A stretch of DNA of 64,000 bases from Antedon mediterranea (Eukaryota; Animalia; Echinodermata): contig NC_092680.1 of the NCBI RefSeq assembly GCF_964355755.1, positions 8,618,001 through 8,682,000 on the forward strand. Direction: 5' to 3'. The translations under genes and the position numbers were made by a program. Shown here in pieces: positions 54,694-64,000 of the stretch. Under the pieces are notes generated by a model. The model was not told the DNA's origin. It ran no database searches and worked only from the letters and a program-made list of their open reading frames with translations. Every line of letters starts with the position of its first letter. Within the stretch, counting starts at the first letter, position 1.

Positions 54694-57600
54694 ATGTTTA
54701 CAGGTAGGCCAACACCTGATTTAAATAAAGATGGTAATCGCACAAAGACAGAGAATAAAAATCCCACTTCTTCTAGTTCCTTGTCCAGCAGTAGTTCACT
54801 TTCAAGTAATGGTAGTATGAATGGTCGACTGAGATCAAGGTCATTTGTTGCCAATACAAGTACTTCTGATGCTTCTGATTGCATCATTGCACCATCTCCA
54901 GGAGCATATCATGTAGATGAAGTGATCATACCAGCTTCACAAGATGAGGACGTTGATATTGGTTAGTAAACAGTGTATATTTAAGATTATTGTTGCTGTT
55001 GTCCGATTTAAGAGACACTTTGTTGAGCTCAGAATTTATTCTGTTATTAAAATAGAAAAAGTATCTTTCAATAATAATAATAATAATAATAAAAACTTTA
55101 TTTAATCACGGTAACACTTGTTCACCTCAATGGCGTTTTTCGACAAGGCCGTAAGACAATATATACAAATCAAATTTAACAATTAAACAATTAACAACAA
55201 GAGTTTATCTTAATTTACACTTAAATTAGAAAGAATTAGAATTTTACAATAGATTGTAAAAGCCAAATTTACAAAAGAATAAACATCAAAATGAACAGAG
55301 CATAAGTCTATTTTTACTTAAATAATTAAACTTAATACTAAAGATATTAATTAAATTATTAATAAGAATTTAACTAAAAACAGAAAATCTTAATTTACAC
55401 ATCTACATTAATATTAAATTACAGTAAAATAAATTAGAAATTTTAAAATTTGTGAAATCCAAATCATACAATAAGTGAACACCAAGATTCATTAATTCTC
55501 AAGTGAGAATTCATTAAAACTCAAGTGAGTTTAGACCAGTATTTGCAAATGAAAACTACTTTACATTTTGCATTAATAGTCGAAAGCCAACCAATTATCT
55601 GCACACCATCAGAAACCATTGCGAGCCTTCATCTTTCTGGACAGAAATCTTCAAGAAAGGCAGCAGAGGAGGATTTTGAACCTGCAACCATTCATATCAG
55701 CTCCCCATCACAAACACTTGGTAGGTTTCCTTTAAGTACAATTCTAGACCCCTCTACACACTTCAACTTATTAATCTTAAAATACTACTGTAGAGTTGAG
55801 GTTTGAACCCCCGAACCATGACAATTTTAAGATATATATTATATATCTTAAAATTGTCATGGTTCAAAATAATCTATTTAAAAGTTTGGTTTTATATTAT
55901 AAAAACAAACTTTTAAATAGATTATTTTGTAATAATAAATAATGAGACAATTGAAATTAGTAAAATATGTCATTTTTTTATTTCGTGGCTGAAATCACCA
56001 TTAAAAATATTGGTTAAAGAAATTGAACTCTTGAAGTATTTGATTTCCTTTTTTTTTTTTAGAATCGAATGTTGAACCTTCTAATGTTCGGGTTAACTTG
56101 GAATTGGCGGAAACTGAACCATACTTTTCTAAAGAAACCAATAATGCCTTTGAGGTTTGTCTAATTATCTAATAATACTGAGATTAATATAGATCATTTT
56201 GTTTGACAAATCCAGTAAAGAATTTACTCACATTCTTTAGCTTTCGCCATCTTGGCTGATGGCTTGGATCACAAATGATCCGGTCCACTGCTACTTCCTG
56301 GAAATCTGTTGTCGTTTCTAGGTGACGTCATACTTTTTCGTAGCAATGATGTGTATACGTGATCAACCGCGACGAAGAGGCTGTATTTCTCAATCATGTA
56401 TATATCATTGCTACGAAAAAGTATGACGTCACCTAGAAACGACAACGACAGATTTCCAGGAAGTAGCAGTGGACCGGATCACTTGTGATCAAGTCATCAG
56501 CCAAGATGGCGAAAGCTAAAGAATGTGAGTAAAATTCTTTACTGGATTTGTCAAACAAAATGATATATATTAATATTATCTACAATCCTACACAATGCAC
56601 TTATTCACTAATAATGAGATTATTATGACTTGGACATCTGAATACAGTATTTACATCAATTGTATATTTTCAGATACCAATATGGCAGCAAGTTGTAAAT
56701 CAACAGCTGATGTCTGCAGAGATGACACAGAGCTCTGAAAACCACTCAAAATCATCAGATTCACCAGAAGAAATGGAAGCTGAATCTGTGGTGCAGTCTG
56801 CTCAGTTCCAGGTATTTAAGTTGCCCTCAATTTTTATATTAAACATTTTGAGACACAAATTACAATACAAGTAAAGAAATACCTGTAAATTGTGTATTTT
56901 CTATTTATTCTAGGCATGGCAAACGTCTGTTCGATCAAGTTCTACTGAGGGTACAAGAAGCCGAAACATTTCAGGAGGAAAAGATAATTTATCAGCTACT
57001 GGAAACCAAATAAGAAAATTGAAGAATTCAAGAGAAATATCCAGTGTACCATGTATGAAAATAGTGAATTTAAACTGACAAAAATTGAAACTGTTTGTTT
57101 GTTTGTTATCTGGGTCACATCCCTTCCTTAAAATAGTGGGGTAGATCATGTATTTATTAACCTAATCTATAATCAAGACAATGTGCTTTATAGCCAGACA
57201 AATATATCTCACCCAAAATAATTACAGTACAGTACTTCCATATTACGAGTTATCACTCATCTCATAAAGATATTATAATATCTCTATGTTCATCTTATGC
57301 TGTCAAATTGTTATCTTCTACTTACAGTAAAAATGATTGTTGAGAAAAGCACTGACAAGAGAAGAAGTGCTAGTGCTCCACCAAAGAAAACAACTCAACT
57401 GGACAATCCAGCTAGTACCCAGGTTAAATTTTAGCTTCATCATTTCCTTTTCCTAGTTGTGATTTCCTTGTTTCATTTAGTAATTTTTGGAAAGCTTGTT
57501 TTCATCTGTAACTTTGAAATTATTTATTCACATTTAAATGGATTCATTTTGAGCCAAATGTTTTTACAATTGATTTTTCTTTAAAGGATCTATTTAAGGA

Positions 57601-60600
57601 AGATGAGCATGATTTACCAAAGGGTAACAGTAATAAAGGTAAGAGCTGCACAAACAGTCGAGTTGTGTTATTAGATGTATTGTCCCACAAAAATAGAAAA
57701 TAAGATGAGTGTAAACTGATTTAAACCAAATTTACTATTCAAGCTGAAGATGTAATGTCTCAGGAAACTGAACAAGATTTATTTGACGATGACAGCAATG
57801 ATGATCCTCAGAATGATGAAGTTCAAACTAAATCTGATGAAAAAGATGTTAAAGTTAGCTTAGATGCTGATCAGGATAAAGCAGATGATGATGTCATAGC
57901 TACCTCGCAAGATTGGCATCTTCATTTCACACAGACCCAATGTGACACAGAGCCTGGGAAATCACAAGTTACCATCAGTAAACAAGGTATTATTTTACTC
58001 TTTTTAAAATGTATTGGTAATAATAAATACCTGAGGGTGAAAATGATAAAATGAAGAACATAATGTTGTAAAACAAATTTTCATTTCACTATTTAAATTA
58101 TGATTTCAATTTTGTTTCAGTGACTGAGAGTGAAGGTAAACATAAGGCAGTAGAAAGTGAACATGTTGCCAGTATTGTGGACTTGAGTCCTGTTGAGAAT
58201 TGCGAGCCTAATTCATTTGTTCAAAATACAAATGTTACTCAGTCTCCTAAAGACACATCAGGTATTTTGTTGTATTTATTAAAAGTTATGCCCTTGGTTT
58301 TATTGTGGCAAAAATATCTTGAAAACTATCTAGTACAATTTTTCTTCTTTTTTAGGAAATGGTTTCCATTTTAGTCTTCCAAAAGAAAACAGTATAAAAC
58401 CAGTTTCCGATGTAATTTCTGGAGTTGGAGAAATTATGAAAAAAGGCCCTCAACACAGCACCCCTATTTTGGAAAAGGAGGATACTGCTATAATTGAACA
58501 TACTGATAATCAGCAAAAAGACACTATGGTATCACTTATTGTTTATCTTAATAGCTATTCTGAAATTAAACATTTAGGTGTATTAATTAAGATTGCTAAT
58601 AACAATTATATAATCACTGGACCATATATTTGCCTAGGAATATAATTATATAGGTCAAGTAAATCTAGGTTAAGTCACGTCCATGATGGGCTTTAATGTA
58701 AAATTACTTTTAATCATTTTGCAGAAAGAAACCATAAAAGATCATGCCATTACTTCACCAGTAGAAACTGACAACAACACAGAAGGCACTCCGATATTTC
58801 ATGTTGCCAGACCAGCAGATAGTGGAACACTAATGAAAATTGCCAAAGAAAGCCCAACGAAGAAACCTTCAGTGTTCACTAAGGTACAAGAAGCCAATGA
58901 AACTGCAGAGAAAGTTAATGATGTCAGTAATGAGTCCAGCAGTAGCTTCAAGAATTTTCAGGGTGATATTCCTAGTAACAGCAATTCTTTTGATGTTGAA
59001 AGCTGCAGCAACCATGATAAGACATTTAACATTAGTGCAGATACTGAAATAATAGAAAATGAAATTTATAATGAAAATACTCAACAAATACAACCAGTAT
59101 CTTTTACTCGTCGCCAGTCACCAAGGAAACAAGCTAGTATGCAGAAAGAGAGAAGAGATCCCTTTGAATTTAGTGATTCCCAGTGCTATGGAACACCAGT
59201 TCAATCAAAACGGCAATCTGAAGTGCCTGGTGGGTCTGTCAGTATCAAACGGAGAAGGTTGGTTGATGTATCATCCGATCATCAGAGTGTAGTAACAAGG
59301 AAAAATTCTAGGAAAAAAGATGCGTCTTCTAAACAAAAGGTTGTAACTCCAAAAAGTTCAAGAAAAGTAAATAAGAAGAGAACTCCTGTAAGAGTGAGCA
59401 GTTTTAACAGAAGCAGTAGTTTGCAGGCTAAATCAAAACAAGGTACTGCAACCATACAGGAAAGAGTAAAGAAAAGAACTAGTCTTGAAAATGAACAGGT
59501 GGGTATTTATTTTCTAAAGACTTAGCTGTAACAACATACACACCCTTTTTATGAATGCTCAAAGGCGCTTTACATAGCATATTATTACCCCGTTCATTTT
59601 TTGGATCAAACATGTATGGAAACATACTCCCATAATGCAGCAAGTAATCAGCGCAAAGTTGTGTCTTGATCTAACCTGGTACCCATGTTGTACACCTGGG
59701 TGGAGAGAAGCAAATTAAGTAAAGCAATGCAGCAAGAGTTGGATTACTATCAGTAATCCAACGTCCAACACACTGCGCCACACGCCCTGTTGTTTTTATA
59801 ATAATCATATTACTATTTATCTGTGTTGTTTTTCTTAGATGGATACTGAAAGTATTGGCCAAGATCAGCCAACAACCAGTACTCAAAATGTAGAAAATCC
59901 TCTCGAAAAATCGGATAGCAAGAAGATTATTTGGTTTACAAAAATTACGACGACAACAACTACAATTGTCCAACGGTACATTCGCGAAGAAGGTACAAGA
60001 GATGGTGTTGTTGTAGAGGTTAAAGAAAGAACCGTAAGTGCACATTTGATGTTGGTAAATTTTCCTCAGCAATTGGAATCTATGTCCTGTCAACTAAATT
60101 GAACCATTGAGTCACAGTAACAAGGATGCTATGTGATATTGTGATGTCAGCACTGTGATACTCTATTTTATAGTGAATGATAATACTGTACATAATACTG
60201 TTTATTTCAGGAAGTTGATGTTCCAAATGTTAGAGTAACGGAACATCAAGATCCCACACCTGTATCTCCAAGTCGAACCACATCCTCTTTTACGTCAGGG
60301 GATCTAGGGGATGTCAGTTCTCTTTCAACATCAAAATCTTCTTTTAGTTCTGTAAGTAGTTCAGGATTAAAAGATACAATGTCAAGAACAAATCAAGATG
60401 GAATTCCACTCGAAAAATGTTTAAGGAAGGTGGCTTTTACAGAGCCATCACCCTCATCTCACATCACCAGATCGAGAAGGTTTAGCAGGCAATTGTCAAA
60501 CGAGTGTAACATATCTTCAATGTCTAAAAGCAATTCTGCATTACATAGAAATAGGGAAGGAGAACAAGACCAAGGAGCTTTAGGATCTTCAAGTTCATCA

Positions 60601-63600
60601 CCAAATACATCGATGACATCCTTAAAATCTCAGACGATGGTAAGCACAAAGAACAATGAAAAGGAAATTATAGAAGACACAAAAAGAGTACCACGGAGAT
60701 CTCCTAGGAAAATTAAGACAGTTCAGACAACTGATGAGAGTAGTGTCGATTTATCTGAACCTCCAGATCCTGAAATTGGACCATACCTAATTCCTGGTGT
60801 AAGAGTCTTGGCGAGGTGGCGTGATGGATTCTACTACCCAGGAGCTATAGATAAAGAGGATAGTCCTCAGAGGTAATTTAATCGCGCATTTTTATTAAAT
60901 TGGTCTTATTAGATCCTACCTGTATGTAATCTAATATGTAATCTAATATGTTATATTCCGAGATGACCTACCATACTTAACTCACTCAAAGACATAAAAT
61001 GACTCAGAGTGAAGACTAGAAAAATAAACAGCCTTTATATTGATAGAAATTGGTGTTTTTAAACACACTTATTTATTCGGATTTTGTTTTGAAATTGTAT
61101 TGACATAGATATTTATTTCATTTTGATGATGGGGATAAGCGTGTTGTGGCAATTAATGATATCTTGCATAAACGTTGGCTTCCAAAAGAACAAGTTGTAT
61201 TGGCAGAGTCTGCTAATGAATTCTATAGTCCAGGTAACATTTTGGGTTTTAATTTTGCTTCAATAGTTAGCATTTGAGTCCTTTGTCATATTAAAAAAAT
61301 GATAGGAATATGTGTTAAGGACCACTCAGACAGCATTGTACAACAAAGCCAAATGAGTACTGGTCGGGAGAGAATTAAACATGTTGAAAGTTCTCCCAAC
61401 GACCTAAAAATATGTGCGACGCTATCTCAAGATGCCTATGGTTTAAAAAAAAAAATGATACTGTCTGTATAATTTTATTTAATTCATTTTCTTTAGGAAA
61501 AATAATTGGTTATTATAGAGAAGATGATGATAACTGTGGCTACATTGTTGAGATTATTAACAGTGGTGAATCTCAGAGGTAATAATAATTATATTTATTT
61601 ATAACTTCTTTTTTTGTAGTGTTTTGTATTTATAGCATCTTGTAACATCAAGGGTGTTTTCCAACTCATATTCAGGGGACACTTCAATTAAAGGGACACT
61701 TTGTTACATCCCAAAGGTGTTCCTTTAGTAGTGGGATTTATGGTATTTATATATATATATAAACAAATATATAAAAGTATCTCTTTGGAGATCCCGCCTC
61801 GTGAATAAAAATACTGAAAGATGAGGGCGTATCAATTTGATCTCTGTTGCGAGTGCGTACAACTGAGGACTAGTGCTGTTCCGCCATACCACGCCGAGAA
61901 TGTTAAAGAGTCGCTATCCAATCGAGTTCGAACAATACCATGAAAGCCCCAGTGGTCTAATGGTTAGGACATCTGCATATCAAGCAGGCGGTCCGAGTTC
62001 GAGTCTCGGTTGGGGCGACTTTTTCTCATTCTCACAGATTTCCTCATCTTTATTGTATAAAATTAATTAATTAAATTTCAGTATATCACCGGGCGGTTTA
62101 GAATTACTGTTCTTTGCTTGATTTGTTTATATATATAAAAGTATCTCTTCGGAGATCCCGCCTCGTGAATAAAAATACTGAAAGATGAGGGCGTATCAAT
62201 TTGATCTCTGTTGCGAGTGCATACAACTGAGGACTAGTGCTGTTCTGCCGTACCACCCCGAGAATGTTAAAGAGTCACTATCCAATTGAGTTTGAACAAT
62301 ACCATGAAAGCCCCAGTGGTCTAATGGTTAGGACATCTGCATATCAAGCAGGCGGTCCGAGTTCGAGTCTCGGTTGGGGCGACTTTTTCTCATTCTCACA
62401 GATTTCCTCATCTTTACCGTATAAAATTTCAGTATATCACCGGGCGGTTTAGAATTACTGTTCTTTGCCTGATTTGTTTATATATATAAAAGTATCTCTT
62501 CGGAGATCCCGCCTCGCGAATAAAAATACTGAAAGATGAGGGCGTATCAATTTGATCTCTGTTGCGCGTGCGTACAACTGAGGACTAGTGCTGTTCCGCC
62601 GTACCACGCCGAGAATGTTAAAGAGTCGTTATCCAATCGAGTTCGAACAATACCATACTTTTATATATATAAACACAAGAGGCAAAGAACATTAATTCTA
62701 AACCGCCCGGTGATATACTGAAATTTAATTAATTAATTTGAAACGATAAAGATGAGGAAATCTGTGAGAATGAGAAAATATATATAGATTTGTTAATAAC
62801 ATATTGTATTTTTCTACAGATACCCACGAAGTAAAGTGATTCTAAATAAGGAGCAAGCTACACCACTTCTTCAGTTTTCAGCCAAAACCTATTTAAACAC
62901 AGGACTAAATTTAGGTAAAGGTAAACAAGATATCAGATAGAAAGCCTTTCCCCAATACCAGAATTTTCTTGAGGTCCAAACAGTCCCAAATTATTATTTT
63001 AATCTTCCATTATTTTATTTGCACATTTTGTTATGACCAAACAAATCATTGCGGTCCAAGTCATTTCAGTACTAGTAATGATAGTTAATGTTTTACCATT
63101 GCCTTTATAATGTATTTGTTTAGACAACATTGTATCTGGAAAAAGAGTACGAGGACGATTAGCAGCGAATGGTGGAATAGAAGGAGATAAAGTGCAAACA
63201 GTTAAAAAAGTAGCTTCGGAGAAGAAAATAAGAGAATCTCCTAATGTAACTCATCAGAAAAGAACGCCTATTAAAGGTTAGCAATGTAATTAATTTATTT
63301 ACAAAGAAGGTCCTTGTATTAAAGGACTTTGAATTCACAAACAAATTATTCAATAGACATTTTATTAGATTAAGAACCAACAATTAGTATTTTGCTTTGA
63401 GCGCAACGATATATGTGAAATAATTATTTGATAGATTTAGTGCACAACCTTATTTGTGTAGTGGTTGTTGCCTTGATATCTGGATTTCAAATTAGGCTTG
63501 GTAATTGGTGTATTCAAAATAAGAAACAAAATCTTTTTGATTGGCTGCAACCAAAAACATCACCATGATGATACGTCTGACAACATATTGAGTACAAGAA

Positions 63601-64000
63601 CTCGATTTCTAAAAAATTAGAGATACATCATAATTGTGAAAGAATGGTGACCCATAATAATTCAAGTTTATGTAGCACCCATATCAACAGAAGTGTTCAA
63701 GGCCTGAAGGAGTTTTTAGCAGGAAAAATGTGTTGTGCTATGATGTATGAATAATTAATATTGTAATGTTTTATCATAATTGTTCATGCAGATCGTGAAG
63801 AACACATTATTGAAAAGCCTTACACACCCACTGTTAAAAAAAGAAAAACAAAACTTGATGACGAAGAATCGACCAGCTCTGTGCCGGTGCACGCTTCATC
63901 GTACATGGGGCCATTACCAACAAATAAGAACCTGTTTAAGGGCATCCATTTCTTGATAACTCATGGAGATGTGATAAAGAAACCCAACTCTTCTTCTGAA
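54694..64000 (+). CDS. TP53BP1: TP53-binding protein 1 orthologue (partial, continues beyond window); ~17 exons, e.g. 54694-54961, 56063-56154, 56674-56811, 58725-59498, 59839-60033, 60211-60872, 61110-~61233, 63124-~63277, 63792->64000; start codon uncertain
   Basis: Acidic N-terminus with SQ/TQ sites (IIPASQ, VIATSQ, FSDSQ); oligomerization-domain-like TTTIVQRYI...EVKERT...VSPSRT...SGDLGDVSSLS; tandem Tudor VLARWRDGFYYPG..., FHFDDG; UDR-like LDNIVSGKRVR; BRCT start GPLPTNKNLFKGIHFLIT. Confidence 0.9.
55813..55929. repeat. Two abutting near-perfect AT-rich palindromes
   Basis: 55813-55865: 26-bp perfect arms, 1-nt centre; 55866-55928: ~31-bp arms with one mismatch; both centred on tatattata. 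Confidence 0.85.
56184..56574. mobile_element. Hairpin-type MITE (~175-bp arms)
   Basis: atcattttgtttgacaaatccagtaaagaattt...gacgtcatactttttcgtagcaatgat mirrored almost exactly on the right; ~30-bp loop. Confidence 0.85.
59545..59790 (-). mobile_element. Decayed tRNA-SINE-like element (related fragment at ~48165-48280)
   Basis: Minus-strand head gggcgtgtggcgcagtgtg; shared body ctcccataatgcagc.agtaatc and attattacccc; tail gtaaagcgcctttgagcat. Confidence 0.5.
61946..62017 (+). tRNA. tRNA-like gene, anticodon ATC (Asp-type), repeat-embedded; function unproven
   Basis: GCCCCAG-TG-GTCT(AATGGTTA)GGAC-A-TCTGC(ATATCAA)GCAGG-CGGT-CCGAG(TTCGAGT)CTCGG-TTGGGGC-G folds into a complete 72-nt cloverleaf; followed by acTTTTT. 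Confidence 0.55.
62310..62381 (+). tRNA. Identical second tRNA-like (ATC) copy
   Basis: Same 72-nt sequence 364 bp downstream, again followed by T5. Confidence 0.55.

Larger units (their letters stand above)
61748..62788. mobile_element. Tandem (2.5 x ~360 bp) plus inverted repeat embedded in (TA)n, carrying tRNA-like units; Penelope-like architecture
   Basis: Units start at ~61768, ~62132 and ~62486 (partial); ~62655-62780 is the reverse complement of the unit's 3' part; TA runs at junctions and ends. Confidence 0.8.

Noticed and set aside
61862-61945. ctgagga...gaaa as a possible hammerhead ribozyme in the tRNA-bearing repeat
   Set aside because: Could not identify the required stem II/III pairing or cleavage triplet by eye

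Overview
AT-rich, intron-containing animal genomic DNA. It is probably a marine invertebrate deuterostome, but that is inferred from protein similarity and repeat style. Seven spliced protein-coding genes can be assembled by hand using GT-AG junctions: a multidomain Bcl-2-family gene (+), UBL7 (-), a STARD4/5/6-type START lipid-transfer gene (-; only fragments appear in the ORF track), RIOK2 (+), NDUFS4 (+), ARL15 (-) and TP53BP1 (+, runs off the window end). Introns and intergenic DNA are dense with non-autonomous DNA transposons (TTAA-type, Harbinger-, hAT- and MULE/foldback-like, several nested), truncated CR1/L2-group LINEs and tRNA-derived repeats. The most notable observations are: (1) a tandem-plus-inverted ~360-bp repeat carrying two identical, complete tRNA cloverleafs with the normally absent Asp anticodon ATC and a Pol III terminator; (2) CTAG/AGGCCT low-complexity tracts at the 5' end or first intron of most genes; (3) a minisatellite-armed foldback element in NDUFS4; (4) a composite transposon-like unit bracketing the ubiquitin-domain exon of UBL7; (5) a Bcl-2 protein whose BH1 NWGR motif is replaced by TCHR; (6) NDUFS4-ARL15 microsynteny shared with vertebrates. 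All coordinates were read by eye, and repeat boundaries may be off by a few bases.
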